A stretch of 64,000 nucleotides of DNA from Felis catus (GCF_018350175.1 NC_058382.1:61134001-61198000), one strand, 5' to 3'. Positions 24,530 to 38,995 are shown, numbered from the stretch's first letter. Numbers and translations: made by a program. Notes: generated by a model from the letters alone, not told the origin.

Positions 24530-27500
24530 AAAGAAAGTTCTCTAAACAGAGACGGATTGAATTCTGAGGGCTACAAATAAGAAAAGCGCAAACTCCATTT
24601 GTCAAAAAGGGAAGTGGGTCCTGACCCACAGCTCTGATTGTGCATCTCCGACGAGGCTGGCAACTCCCAGGGACGCTGCTCCGCGGCCCCTTTCACGACG
24701 TCCCGACGCGCAGCACACTCCCGCCAGGCGCTCGGCAGCCTTGCGCACAATCCAGCGCGGAGAGGAGGGGCTCAAGGGTCCTTGCAGGACAGCAGGCCCC
24801 CTGGTCCACCCCGCAACGCGGCCACATTCTAAGACTACAACCCCACCCGGGCTTCCGGGTCAAGGAAAACAGAGGGCCCCAACCCCGCCAAGCCTGCCAC
24901 ACCGCTCTCAACCACCAACGAACTCTTGCCAACACAAAAATGCCTCTGACAGAAAAAGTCTTTTCCTATATGGAAAAACCCGAAAAAGATCGTTTCCTAT
25001 ATGGAAATCATATTTTGAAGATATGTACAGGATTTGACATCACAGTTCAGAGTAATTGGCCTAAAAAGTCAAAAATAGGAAGTTATTGAGGTACTGACTA
25101 AAAGGTCCAGGGTCCTTCTTCCCAATTAAGGCAGATCAGCTCCAGCATCGATGGAAAGTCTGATTCACGGCCTCATCGCAGCCAATTCAGAGAAAGGAGT
25201 TTTTAGAGAGACTAATATAAGTGGAGTACACAGAAGTTCCTAACTTTAACAATTTCTCTTACTGGCAATACGTAATGATGTATTTTAAGTTATTGCAATC
25301 CACGTCATCTTTAAATATCCACAAGATTTGGAAAAACATAGACAAATTTTTTAATCCAGTGGCCAGGTTGACCTAAAAGACAAGATTAAAGTGAGCGGAG
25401 AGAAAGCACATGACTTAAGGAACCCAAGAGAATCCGTCTAGGACAGCGGGTACGGGTCGGCTCCGAGGAGGGAAGAGCCACGCAAGGGGCCTGCGGGAGC
25501 CCCGGGGAAGGACAGTGCACAGCCGCAGCCCGCGCCGGCCAAAGGCACAGTCAGAGGCAGGGAAAAGAGCTCTGTGAGAGCCGCACACAAGTCACGGATG
25601 TGCGCCGGGCCCATGGGCACGTGCCCAAAGACAGATGATCTGCACGGCCTCATTTCAAGGGTGCAGAGTTTTACGTTTCCACGAGGGCTCCACGAGGGGC
25701 TCACCACTCAGGGTCCACAGAGTCAGGAGCCCTCTGAAAATGTAGGCTAACGCATGTACTGTGGGGAGAAAATACACGACCAGACCCTCCTAAGCCTGTA
25801 AGTGTTCAGTGATAGACAAACACAGGCAGACGTGGCTTGTTGAGCTGTATTTTCCCACAGAGACCAAACAAACAGCTTCAGACAGCTGTTTCCAAGGTGT
25901 GGTTCGAGGACCCTACAGATCCTCTGCAGCCCTTTCAAAACGTCTCCCAGGGGAACGCTGCATTTTTAGCTGGGGTAATATTTGCACTGATGATGCAAAG
26001 TTGATGGTCTGAATTTTGCTGAAGAACCTCCAGGATAAAGCAATACTTATTAATTTCAGTAGATCCCAAGTCTCTATGCTTCTGGTTTTTATATCCTATG
26101 CGACAGAGAAGTATGCAGGAAGCACTTCTGTATACCAAGCAGGTGTCTCCAGCACAAACACTTTTCCAGGGCACATGGGTTTTATGTGTAAGAGTGACTG
26201 ACGTGCAAACTCCAGCTATCCTGCTGTGGCATCTGGCAACTCATGTCTGGAAAATAACAAAACAAGACCGCCATTACAAGGAAAGCACCTAATTTACTGC
26301 CAGTGCAAAACTTATGCACAGTCAAATGTTCGAATTTTGGCGACCCCCTCCCCGCGCGCCCCCCCCCCCCCCACCTATGCGCAGACAGCTTCTGACAGCT
26401 TTCAGGCTCATCTGAGGAGGGGGAGGCTGCAGAAACGAGAGGGACTCTTGGACATAATGAGAGGCAGGACGTCAGCATCTGGAAGATCGAAGTAACTCAG
26501 CACAAACCCAAACTCACATCACCAACGCACACGGCTGCAGAACTGAACGCGAGGGAAGACGCAGTCACAAGGCTAGACAGACCAGGGGGCTCCAAGGAGC
26601 AGCGGCCCTCCGGCCCCCCACCCCTGGCCAAGGGGAGCTCCACGGGACTGCTGACCTTCAGCACGCAGACAGCCGTCTGTGCAGTGTGGGTGTCGTTTCA
26701 AAGAACATCTCCAAAATTAAGTCAAAATGATTCCAGTACTCTTCCCTCTTCCAACTACACATTTTCTTTGCTTACTTTAACCAACTTTTTATTTCAGAAA
26801 ATGTAGTTGTTTTAGCAAAACCATGTTATACAGTGGGTTTATTATCCGTGCTTTTAAGTACAATTAGTAAACAAATGTTTTATTAACAGACATACCTATT
26901 ATACATACAGACAAGAGTTTTTCGGACATCTCTGTGTTTACAACATAAAGGGTTTCTGAGCCCCACAGCATGAGGACAGATCCCAGGAACAAAAGGAGCG
27001 TGGCGATGCCACCACCCAGGCCCCGCCTCCGTCACACAGCCTGCCAGGGCCCGGGAACACTGTCCCCTGGATGAGACGAGAGAAAAGGTGTACGCATACA
27101 AAATCTGAGTGTTTAAAAGAAACGCTGGCTTCCAGACTCCTTGGGGTGGCTCCAGATGGCCTTGTTCCACAGGCACCACGGAGGTGTGCCTGACCCCACC
27201 CGCTAGACCTTTCCGCACCGGCGCTCCTGCAGAGACAGGAAATGCAGCCACCTCTGACTGAGGTGTGTGGAGACCAGACAGCGTGCCCTGCGGGCTACAG
27301 GTCAGGCACACAAGGAGCCAGCCTAGGGGCCTCTGGCTGAGGCACGTCTCTGACTTCGTCTTTTTTGCTCAGCAAGAAAGAGACACCATTTTAAATTTTA
27401 CAGCGTCCTTTCGTGAGCCCGACCCCAGTAACATCCTCTGAATGTCAAGATGAAAATGATCCAGAATCCTGTAACGCAGGTGTCTCCGAATTTACAGACG

Positions 27501-29060
27501 AGGAAACGAAGGTCTACGTGGGGGCGGCGAGGAGGAGTGAGCTGACTGGGTCCAAGTCGCCCCAGGCTGGTTACCAGCACCAGGCCAGCCCTCCTTCCAG
27601 TGATGTGCACTCTGCCGGCCAGACAGGAAGGCAAGGAGGCCTGAGCGGCAATCCTGGTGCTGAGTCAGGATACAGAGCCTACTCCCAAAACCGACCAGAA
27701 AGGACCACAAGGCATTCTGTGTGGTGACCAAGTGAATACAGTTAAATTGTTTACGGAGAATCTGGTGACATCTTGAAACAGGTAAAACCCCCAGTGAACC
27801 CCAAGTGTTCTAAACCGGGGTGGAGAATCGCGAGTCTAGTCTCCGGGAGAGAAGCTAAGTGCCGTGGACGTGGGCACACTGCAGGAGAGACTCAAGTGAG
27901 CTTCCTAAGGGGTCCCGGCCAGGGCCTTGCACGTCTGTGGACCAGGAGGTGCCCCGCAGGGGCTCCAGGGAGGCCACAGTCTGGGGCTGCCCTCCCTGGG
28001 AGGGTCTCCTGAGGTGGACACCTCTTCAGGCTGCTGGGCAGACACCTGAGCGGAGAAATGCAGGAGGGGCAGGAGAAACTCGGCCCCTGCTCACCGCAAA
28101 TCCCACTCCTGCCCCAGTCCCTGTCCACCTTCAAGCCCCCCCCAAGCAACAACCTCAAGTTACGTTTGGTCTGTTTTAAATTAACGACAATCTGGAGCAC
28201 ATAGGTCTGGCAAACTGTGAGGGGCCCGAGCGCGGGCTCTCTGGACGCGGGGACACTCCGGGTGGGGGGTGCGAGGCAGGCTGGAGGCACAAAGCAGAGA
28301 CCCCGCGGCGTCACCCATCGGCTGTGGAGAGCGCACCGACTGGGTCACCCAGACGAGCTGGACGGTGGGTAACCGCAGCGATGCTTTTCCGGTAACGCGC
28401 GCAGCGATGCTTGGAGCTCCACGGTGTGAGAGGTAAAACGCTTGCTGCGAAGCCCTCACTGCCAGGAAGACTCCCCCTGCCCTGGGCCCGACATGCGCAC
28501 TCTCTCTGCTCTCGACAGACTGTCGAATACCCAACACGTGCCAACCCACACCAGGCACAGGGACGCTTTCAAACAATCGCCGCCTGGCCCTGTCACTTGC
28601 CAGTCTCAGGGTGACCCTACGAGAACTCAGAACCGGTCTGTCCCAACCAACTGGCCTCACGTCCTGGACCGGTCTGTGCTGCCCGGGGGGAGACGCCTTC
28701 ATAGAAGCCAAAATCCCCCAGGTTTACAGGTAAACTGAACAACATTTCAGTTCCAGTTCAACATCTGTGGAACTTAACAAACGTTCAGCCAGGATTAGGC
28801 AGCTGATAGTGGCTTAAAAAGTACTTCTCCATCAAAACGACCTGGTTTGTTCAACTTATTCTCTGTCCTTATCACTGACATGGATTAATCTTTTTTTTCT
28901 TGATGATTTGAGATTGTAAAAGTTCTCCAGCTCTTGCTCAATAAAATTTTGCAGATCCAAAAGAAAAAAGAAAAACAAGTACTTCCCCAAACAACAGTGT
29001 CAAGCACCCAGGCACAGAGGCCGACAGCCTGCAGGGAGGGTGGAGAGTGTGTGCTGCAGG

Positions 29061-29126
29061 GCGCAGAGAGGGGCAGAGAGGCACAGAGAGGCGCAGAGAG
29101 GGGCAGAGAGGCGCAGAGAGGCGCAG
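29061..29126 (+). repeat. 10-bp minisatellite G(C/G)(G/A)CAGAGAG, about 6.5 copies
   Basis: gcgcagagag gggcagagag gcacagagag gcgcagagag gggcagagag gcgcagagag gcgcag. Confidence 0.92.
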
Positions 29127-29960
29127 GGACGCAGCACCAGGAGCCAGACCCATGACAGGACCAGAAGCGAGGAGCAGCAGGCCTGGCCTCACTGGGGGGC
29201 AGCATGGCTCGCTGGGAACAGTCATCCGAGGAAGAGAGTCCTCCAGAAAGTCAGTCGTCGGCACAGACCTATGGGCCGGCGGTGCCCCAGCCTTGGGAAC
29301 ACAGACGCCCCAGGCACCTGTGAGCCTGCACAGCACAGGCCCCAGGAAGGGAGCCAAAGGGAGAACACCTGGTCCTGTGTGAGGCTCCTCGGATGTCACG
29401 GGACACGGGGCACACCATCGCACGCAGTCCCTCTAAGGCCCTTCAGGAACGAAGCATCAGGTTAAAGGGTCAGAGGCAAACAGCAGGCCACGCTCTGTCC
29501 TGAGGCCGATGCAGCCCTGCCCCCGAGAGGACCCCCGAGCGGGAGGCGCTCCGAGCATCCCCAAGTCCACACCCCCCCAGCACGGGGTTTCAGGAGCACC
29601 GAGGCCGGAGGCTGTGCTCCCCGGTCCCGACCCCACAGGGCTGTTCTGACAGCCCAGGTGGAGACAGTGCCACGTCAGGGCACTGCTGGGCCCTGGCTGG
29701 CACTCCCTTCTCTGGAGCAGGCAACGTGCGCTCCTTGGCAGGACCACCGGAAATGCGGCGTGTCGTTTTAAAAGAACTGAACGTCAGACTTGCGGAAAGC
29801 AGCATCTAATGGTTTCTCCTCTCCAGGAGGCACCTGGGTCATGGTCAAGGGCAGGAGCTTCCCTGCGCACCGCCTGCCACAGCCCGGTGACACCTGGGCA
29901 AAGCGGGAGAGAAAACCTAAGAAAATTTCTCTCCTTTAGCATTTCCTCACAGTCGTTGTC

Positions 29961-30068
29961 TTTTTTAAGATTTTACTTTCAGTCATCTCTACGCCCAATG
30001 TGGGGCTCGAACTCACAACCCCCAGATGAAGAGCTGCACACTCATCCAACTGAGCCAGCCAGGCGCCC
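29961..30068 (-). mobile_element. Short tRNA-Lys-derived carnivore SINE (head plus tail)
   Basis: Reverse complement of gggcgcctggctggctcagttggatgagtgtgcagctcttcatct...gttcgagccccacattgggcgtagagat. Confidence 0.8.
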
Positions 30069-31310
30069 TGTCCCCACAGTTATTTCTAAATGAATCCCAG
30101 AGCAGCTCTTCCCCCAGAATCTGTGCCCTCAAATAATTTTCAGCAGCTTATAATAGATGCCCTACTTAGGTAATAAAGAGAAAATACACTGTAGTGCACA
30201 TTTGCAAAACAGCAGTGACTTCCCTGCCACACCTCCTGGGGACAGAGCTGATTACGTTCAAGGCAAGGTGTGTGCCTGCGGCTCCTTATCAGGAAACGCG
30301 CCACTGGGTATCCAAAGTGTCCTCGGGACCCACCCAGACACCCCAGGCACTTGGGGCGCTATGCCCTCCTGTGCCCCCCCAGCCCTCCCCCAGACTGGAT
30401 GAATCATGGTGAATCTCAACTGGTCTCCAGCAAAACTTCAACCAGACAATCACCAAGGTCCTGAATCCAGTTATGCACTTTGTTTTCTGTTTCTTAATTA
30501 CAAACACACAGCAAGGGGTTAGTGCAATGAGTCACAAGTCCACTTACTCTGGACTAGCACATATAGGACAGCCTCCAGGAAGACCCATTTTACACCCACA
30601 CTATGACCACAGCACTGTCTCCAGGCCTCACACAAAGGCAGGGGCACACGCTTATTAACAAGGGACAGGACCACCTCCCTGGCACTCCCCGCAGTGGGGA
30701 AAAGGAACCCAGTTACGAACCACCCAGAGTGCTCTTGAACTTACAGGCAATCCTGGAGGAGAAACAGAAGTTCACAGCCCCCAGAAGGACGTGAGCTGTG
30801 GATAAAGGACACTGTGGTGAGGGAGACAGACGCACCCCTGCTGCTCAGGACCTCGGGGGACAGAAAGGGCAAGGACAGCGCACAGTGGGACGGCAGACTT
30901 GGAGCAGGCAACATGCAGCAAGCACCCGCACAGAACGATCAGGAGAAAGACTTCCTTCAACAAGACGGGCCTAAGTGTCTCCCCCGAGCTCACCAAGCAC
31001 AACCGAGGACACCACACAAAGCCGTGCACCCCACCAGGCTGTGCCCCACTGGGGTGTGCCGGTTCCAAAACAAAGATGCTCCGGGAGGCAGCAGCAGACA
31101 GCACAGAGAGGAGCGGTGAGGGGCGCGGAGAGAGCAGACGGGGAGAGGATGGGCAGGGAGAAACTCAGAGAGCCCAGCAGGACTGACCACTGCCACGTGC
31201 CTCTCCCGCTGGCCCGGCCCCCCTCCCTGCCCCTGGGCCACTGACAGCACAGAAAGAGCAGAGAAATTCACGGCTTTGTTCACAGGCTAACATTCCATCT
31301 TCATTTAACT

Positions 31311-31341
<31 letters not shown>

Positions 31342-32337
31342 AGACTGGTCGGTCATGGACGAGGATCTCATGAACAGTGTGGGGGAGACCATGGTTGTCC
31401 CCCAGCAGCTACAGACACACACGCTGGTGCTACTCCCCCTCAAGTCGATCCCGGACACCAACAGCAAGGACTCCCAGACAAACGTGCATGCGTGCGACCA
31501 CGGCCCCAGCTGGCAGGGCTCTGAGGGTGTGGTTCCGGTTCAAAAGTATTGGGTGCACGCAGTCAGCAAACCAACACTGGGTGAGCTGCCGGCCAGGAAA
31601 CCTCACACTGGCATCGGCCACCGCAGGCCTGTATGAGGTTCTCCGTGGACGAGGCCACGGCCCTCAGGACGCGGCTGCACTGTGTAAATGCCAGGGGCAA
31701 GCCTTCCAGGTCTACTTGTCTCAGGCTGCCAGGTGAATGGAGACAAGGGGAAAAGGCATGCAAAGCGCCACCCACGCTGGTAAGTGGCCTGACCAGGCAG
31801 AAAAGGCCAGACCCAGCAGACAGGTCCCTGGACAACAGAGAAGGAAAAGGATGACAGGCAGGAGGCCCTTAGAAATGGGCCTCACCCTGGACCCAGGTTT
31901 CACTGATTCTGCTCCCGGGCCTTGTTCTGGACCTGGCCCGTTTTCAGTGCATCACTTCCACCCAGGACCAAAGGCTTGAGAGCATCAGGTGCTGGGGATG
32001 AGACTTCACCCTCCACCCCCCCACGCACAGACCTTAAATACGAGAAAACGTGCCCGTGGCACAACCATGGGACAAATTTAAAAGAGGGTTCCCAGGAAAG
32101 CCAGCCGCTGCAGAAAATCCATACGGCCTACTCCCTTCCCGGACACGCCAACACCTTGACCCTTCCCACCAGCTTACTCCTATCTTCCCTAAAGTCAAAC
32201 GCTAACACAACTATCTCTTGCGTTCGTGTAGGGACCCGAGACTCGAACGCTCACTCTGCCACCAATCAGCTACGGCACCTTGAAAACCCTACTGTTCAAC
32301 ATCTTTGAGGCCTAGAATCTTAGGGAAAAAGTGTGGA

Positions 32338-32470
32338 GGGGCACCTGGGTGGTTCAGTCGGTTGAGAGTCTGACTTCAGCTCAGGTCACAGTCTCACGGC
32401 TCGTGGGTTCGAGCCCCACATCAGGCTCTGTGCTGACAGATAAATAAATTCAAAAAAAAATTTTTTTTAA
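32338..32470 (+). mobile_element. CAN-SINE lacking its 3' body
   Basis: Head up to ggctctgtgctgacag joins directly to ataaataaatt and an A-run. Confidence 0.88.
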
Positions 32471-35400
32471 TGTGGAAAATGCTACCTATTTTCTCGGGAA
32501 AACCCAAGAAAAGTAGGGGGGAAAGAGGATGTAAAGTGAGGTAAGTGGGAGATGCGAGTCAGCAGGTGCTCTGGAGTGAGATTCCTCTACAGGTGGGGGA
32601 TACAGAAGCCCAACCCTGGCCTCTGGTGAGGTGGTTCCCGGGGAAGACTGAACAGAAACCCCAAAGAACAGCAGACCTGGGTGAAGGGCGCCAGAGAGCC
32701 AGCCCACAGAACAGGGCCAGGCAACAGGGGACTCAGAGGAAAGAGCTTCAAACACAAAGGGATTTTTTTAGTGTGAGCCGACACACCTGATCATAGCTGT
32801 TCCTACAAAAACCAGTCAAAATAGAGTTTCTCTAGCTACACCGCCCCAGGCTCACCTACAAACCTCTGTCTGCCCCAGACACGTCTGTGGCCACGGAACT
32901 CAGGCCCAAAGACTGGCTCTGTGATCCCAGGCTGAAGACCAGCCAGCGGGCTGCAGCGCCCCATTCACAAGTGTGCTCGGGGGCCCACTGTGTCTCCGTC
33001 CCTTCCCCACGAGCTGTGGCCGGTATTCCCGCGGGTCCCCTGTAAGTCGCTCTGCCCACGAAAGTGCAAAAGCACATTAGAAAACGGGCGCCGACGGTGT
33101 CGGGGGAGGTGAGCCAGACTGCAAACTTTTTAAAAGAACGAAAATCGGTCTTTATGTGAATGGAAGTTTTAATTATAACACTGAAGTTTAAAACACGGTG
33201 TTTCCAGGCCAGGATACCCTAGAGCTCCACAGGGTTTCTTCAATCAAATGTGGTCACACCTCAATGGGCGTCTCCATCTCCTTAGTACTTCTCAACGCTT
33301 CGTGCTGCTCTGCTACAGGGCCGAGGTCAGCACAAAACAGGCCCCGGACCGGTCACCTGAGCACCACCTGACACTCCTGTGGGATCACCTGCCTCCAAGG
33401 CAGCATCTTGTCAGCCACTAGGATGCAGTGTTTAACTCTGGTTCCCACTAACAAAAAATGAACCAGAACAAACTGTAAAGAGGCTGACTGCATCCAGGAG
33501 ATGAAGAAAATGGACAGAGGAGAAGACTCAGGAGAGGCAGCAGCGGGAGCGACTCAGCCAGGCCCACAGAGCAGGTGCAGGACGCCTGCCCAGCTGGGGC
33601 GGACACCAGGCGAGCGTATCCCGCCCCGCCCCCACCAGCCCCCAGAGGCCCGGAGCTGCAGGATAACGCTGTCTTCACCCACCGCCCCCCAAAATTACCC
33701 TTCTGCCTTTCCGCCCTCCAAAAATACCCAGGGTTCACACCGATGCTGCTCCCTTCTGGTGTTCAGAGATGGACAAGGGACCCAGGGTTTATTTTTTCCA
33801 AGAAACAAAACCATCCGTTAACAAAAGGTAACAAAGTCAAAAGCTTTAAAAGGAAAGTGTCATTTCATTTCCAAAGAACCTTTCCTCGTTTCCCTTACTT
33901 CTTTCCCTCTTTCCCTATTCTTGCCCAAGCAGAATGTCCTCCAAGCCCCACAGGAGCTTCCACCCAGGCCCAAGGCGGGGAAATCCAAGCTTAGACTGAA
34001 GGGGGAGGGGACACAGAGCTACGAAAGAGAACACGGAGCAGTCAGTGTCAAGGAAGAAAATGCATGCGTACGCACAGTGCACCTGTGTTTGGAAGCAGAG
34101 CCTTCCACGCCGGGTCACACGGCGAGGCGAGCAGAGCCCTGGCAGCCGCCCACTGCCAAAGTCAACATGCTCTGCCCGCCCGGCCTCCACACTCGGCTGC
34201 CTTCGAGCCAGGTGCCCAGGAGGGGGACCTGCCTGGCCCAAGGCTCAGGACTCCGTGCTGGCACCGCCCCGCCGCCGTGGCTGTGCACAGGTCCAGGGCC
34301 ATGCGGCCCAGCCCCTGCCCTCCCCCGCCCCCGGCACTTGCTGGTACAATCACAGGCCCAGGGGCAGGGCCACTCTTCTGTTCTGCTTTCTTCTCAAACC
34401 TGCTACCCTGGCCAGCGCTTCACTCCCTCCATCTTTGGCATCCCTCTTTGGGTATTTGTGGGGACGCCTGAGTGGCATCGAAGAGAGGACACAGCCTCAG
34501 CTGAACCGAACGACGTCCAGCTCAGAACGGCGCACCTCTCACCCCCACCACCGCCCGTCAGGTGACAGAAGGCTCTCCCCAATTCCTTCTCCCAACAGGC
34601 AATGCAGATGACCATCAAGACAGTGTTCTAGAATGGAGAACAGACTAAGTTCTCAGGCCCAGCGGGCAGGCAGCTCCCCACGTAACCCTCTCACTCCTCC
34701 ACCTTCCTCCTGCCTTCTTCTTCTTCTCACCAAGACCCAGGGGGCCGTGCATGGAACGTCCTGCAGCAGACCTCTCTAAGCTGCACACAGCCGGCACCCT
34801 GCGTTACAGGACGCCCTCGTGTTCCACAAGGCAAAGCAAGAAGGGAAGACAAGTGCTGTTCTACAGGAAAAATGCAGCTCACTTTTAACAGGACTTCTGG
34901 AGCACCTACTCCAAGGGGGATATAAGCGTACGTCTTCACCCTCAAATACAACACACAGAGAAAATCTAAAGAGATTTAAAATTTGATGGTATTAAAAAAT
35001 AAACACAGACTCCACAAGAATCCTCACAGTTAAGAATGGAAGGAAAACATATATGAACAACAAATGAGTTACCACAAACTGCCCAGAAACCTTTCCCAGA
35101 GCCCAAACAGGTGTCTCTACATGCCTGCCTTCCAACGGTGTGCTTGGGCTCACAGAACCCAGAAGTCCATTCCAGCTAGAAACACCCAGAGGGAAAGGCC
35201 CAGAAAGGCAGAACTCCCAGCTGGGGCGCAGGCTTGGGCATGGGCTCAGACCTTCCCCTTCGGCTCGGACCTGCTTACTTTCCACACCCTCTCCTTGCCC
35301 TAGGCACATGAACTCTCCCAGCTTTCCAAGTACCTTGGAATGAGAGAACCAAAGTTCTACCCGCTGGCAAGCACTGTCATGTGGGGACGGCAAAAGCTTC

Positions 35401-36256
35401 TGGGGAAAAGTGCATGAACACACTGTTAATTTTTATATTAACCAAAAAACATGCGTTTAATGAATTCTAATTCTAATGACATCTAATTTACGTAGTTGAA
35501 GGGAGCCTAGTCAAAGAGTATTCTCCAGAACTAAATACACAATAAAAATTTATCACGCTAAGAAATTCAGGAAATTATACTGGCACAATTAATTAGCTAA
35601 ACATATCTAATAACCAAGCAAAGGGTGCTTTGTTATCTATTTTTAAACCCTAGCAAAACCTCTTTGTTAAAAACTCAAATGAATTAGCATCAGGACCTAC
35701 AAGTTCCTTACAACCTGCAAATCCAACGCAGCACTGCTCACGGTCCGTGGCGGCAAGTAGAGCTCACGGGCAACCGCTTGTGCTGTGACCATGAACTGCA
35801 GCTAACAGCCAAGGCGCATCGGGCTGGCGGTCAGGTCAGGAAGAACTTCCACTCCTACCACACAAACTCACGAGAGCTTCTCTGTGTTTCAATACCGGAT
35901 GGCATCGTATTCTGGGTCCGGAGGGCGCCCTCCAAGCTTGCTGCTCGGGTGGGGTCCCTGGTGTCGCCAGTGCACGGACAGCCGGCAGAGGGGCACCCGG
36001 TTCTACCATCCGCAAGACTTCTGGTCCCTGTGCTTGGAGGACACAGGCCAAGTGCAGCCATGCACACCTCTCCACAGTGATTACCACCTACGCGGACACC
36101 CAGCTCAGCATCACATCCAGGGAACCTGAAACTATGCCTTGCAAGTTCAGTGTTTCGGCAAGTCACAAAGCGACCATTTTTTCCTATTTACAGGTGTTCA
36201 AACTAAAAGAATAAACCATTAAAATCTACACCTCTGTTCATGTAAACACTACCTGT

Positions 36257-36455
36257 GGGGCACCTGGGTGGCTCAGTGAACGCACTGAGCGTCAGACTTC
36301 GGCTCAGGTCGTGGTCTCGTGGTTCGTGAGTTCGAGCCCCATGCTGGGCTTGCTGCTATCAGCCCAGAGCCCACTTTGGATCCTCTGTCCCCCTCTCTCT
36401 CCCCCTCCCCCACTTGTGCTTTTCCAAAAATAAATAAATATTAAAAAAAAAAAAA
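36257..36455 (+). mobile_element. CAN-SINE (SINEC)
   Basis: Head, gagcccactttggatcctctgtc body, poly-A tail. Confidence 0.92.
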
Positions 36456-38776
36456 CACTAGTTTTATTATTATAACATGCTACTTTCAGAAATTATTTTG
36501 TTTTTGGAAACATAATTCTGAACTCCTGTTTCTCAACAAGCATGAGTGTAACACTTACGCTGCCAGGGGTCAGGGCCGGGAGACAAGTTTGACTCACGTG
36601 CACTCTCCTACCCTCCCCTACCCCTGGTGAAGTGGGAGCCGCTATGAGCCCTGCTCTGGAGAGGCAGGGACCCTCTACCAAAAAAAGATGTTAACAAAGC
36701 AAGAATCACACCAGCTGTCAGCTGAAACTAGCTTTATGCTAAAGAAAGGTTTAAAAACTTATCTGATTATTTTAAAGCTTACATTTTCATAGAGTTTTAT
36801 TCCCATTTACAGGGCCACTTAATCTCAGAAGAAATCTTTAAGATGGGTGTCACCATTACCGCTTCACAGGGGAGGAGCCCAAGGACTGAACGCAGAAAGC
36901 CAAGTCACAGAGCACAGGCTGTCTCAGACCCTGTAGCGGAGTCATGCTTGAAACAATTCAGGGCGGGAGCAGCCCAGAACCATCCAAACTGGGCGCCTAA
37001 ACGATGCTCGGACAGAGACGAGAGCACGGGATTAAGTACTCTGGGATTTAGCAAGCCCACCTCTTCTCCTACCTGACCTAAATGGCTCATATGCGACCTT
37101 AGGGGGTCAAAATGAAAATTAATTACTGATGTGAATCACCGTGAAAAACTACTAGAGAGCCTATAATCATTCTGTTTTTCAGATTCTGCCTTTTGATTCC
37201 AGGAATGGTCATGGAGGGCAGACCTCAGCAAGCGGCACACACTGCTGTGGGCCTGGCCCTGCTGCCACAGCGGGGCCACTCCCCAAGAGGGGGCCCGGCC
37301 TCCCTGCAGCCACAACACGCCTCACATTAACAGGAACCTTTATCTTTATTCAATCCAAACACTAGTCTTTTCTTTAAACAGTCTTTTGTTAAAAGATTAT
37401 CACAGTCAATATTACCTGAGTATTTATGGTTCATGGAAGTAATAAATGGCATGAGACACCCTGGGTTATTCTTGTGATATGGCCAAAAAAGTCAATCCTG
37501 CCTATGTTGAAAACCTTCTAAATCTTAACACATCTATTAACTCCACACCACTGGGCCAGCCCAAGAATTTGCCGGCAAAGAGTTGCTAGTAACTTGTTTT
37601 CTTTTAATCAGGAAATACATTATTTTGAATCACCAAAGACTTACTAAAACCCTAATTTAAGTGGTGTTTCCTTTTTCCTCCTTATAAATTAAGACCAATA
37701 TTACAGTTTTCAAACAAACACAGAGCTCAGCCTCCCGGTGTGAGTGGGTTCGGTTCACCCTCTGCCTCACCTTTTCCTTCTCTCCTGGACCTAGTCTCTC
37801 CGTGGCTGCCCCACTGCCTATGACGCCCCCCCTCCCACACACACACATCCCACCCCCCCCCAGGGAAACTACCCTGGGGAACCCCCCGCAGGGTGTTACA
37901 AAGCACCCCACCACCCGACCTGATCAGCGACGCCTCCACTGGCCACACTGGCTTCTTTCTAAGCATTAACCATCCTGCAGATTAAGGGAGGACAATTCGA
38001 GGCCTATTCTCAGGGACATCCAAGATTCCCGTGCCGTCAAACCTTATCACCATTTCCAAGGAAATACTTTGGTCAAGTCAAAGGGACAGGCCAGGAAGCT
38101 TCCACGAGGCCTGATTCAGTGATGGCTGAGATAAAGGACACTCCACACCAAAGACACAGAGGGAAAGGTCTCTTTCATGTCTGCTAGGAACAACAATGCA
38201 AAATGGGTTAACACATCTTTGGATGGTCCACTTTAAGACACTAATGCCTGGCGTAGGGATGAGACACTAAAATCGACCGAGAGTTTTCTTTTCAATTGTT
38301 AGCGATCTACACTCCAGAGGAAATAAATGCCTTCCAACGCAACAATCTCCCCAAGGTGGGGAGGGGACTCTGTCCTGGAGCAACAGACGCTGCACCGGAC
38401 CTGAACTTGGTGTCTTCAGGGGTAAAGTTGCCCCTCCTCTCAAAAACCTTGCCAGTGGTTCCCAGAAGGAAGCAGCAAGTAAGCAGGGAAACCTGGCCAA
38501 AGATCCCACTCCTTACCCACCAACCAGAAGAGCTGGCCTCAAACTTCTAGGGATACCGCCAGTAGCTGCCCAAACACACAGGACACCAGACCTGAGCACA
38601 GCCAGGCCCCCACTGCTTCCCCCAGAGGTGGGAACAATCCTCAGACTCAAAAAGCTCTTCTTCACGCCAGGTGTTCATGCAATGTGTACAGAGCACAAAA
38701 CAAAGTAGTCGGTACAGGGTCCCGACGGTCTCCAGACCCCTTGAGCACAGAGCACTTTAGATAAAGAGGTTGAGCA

Positions 38777-38995
38777 GGGGCCCCTGGGTGGCCCAGTCCG
38801 GTGAGCGTCACTCTTGATTTTTGGCTTCGGTCATGACCCCGGGGTCGTGGGATCGAGCCCCATGTCAGGCTCCAAGCTCAGTGTGGAGCCTGCCTGAGAT
38901 TCTCTCCCTCTTTCCCTCCCACCCTCCTCCCTTTTCCCCTGCTCAGGCTCTCTATCAGTCAATCAATCAATCAATCAATTAATCAATCAATGAAA
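38777..38995 (+). mobile_element. Older CAN-SINE with (ATCA)n tail
   Basis: TSD ataaagagg(t/c)tga(g/a)ca at 38761-38776 and 38996-39011. Confidence 0.92.

Noticed and set aside
25988..26012. TGATGA...CTGA resembling a C/D box snoRNA
   Set aside because: Only 25 nt, no terminal stem, and antisense to the host gene.
29061..29126. CRISPR-like or other prokaryotic array
   Set aside because: Simple tandem repeat without spacers; the DNA is mammalian.
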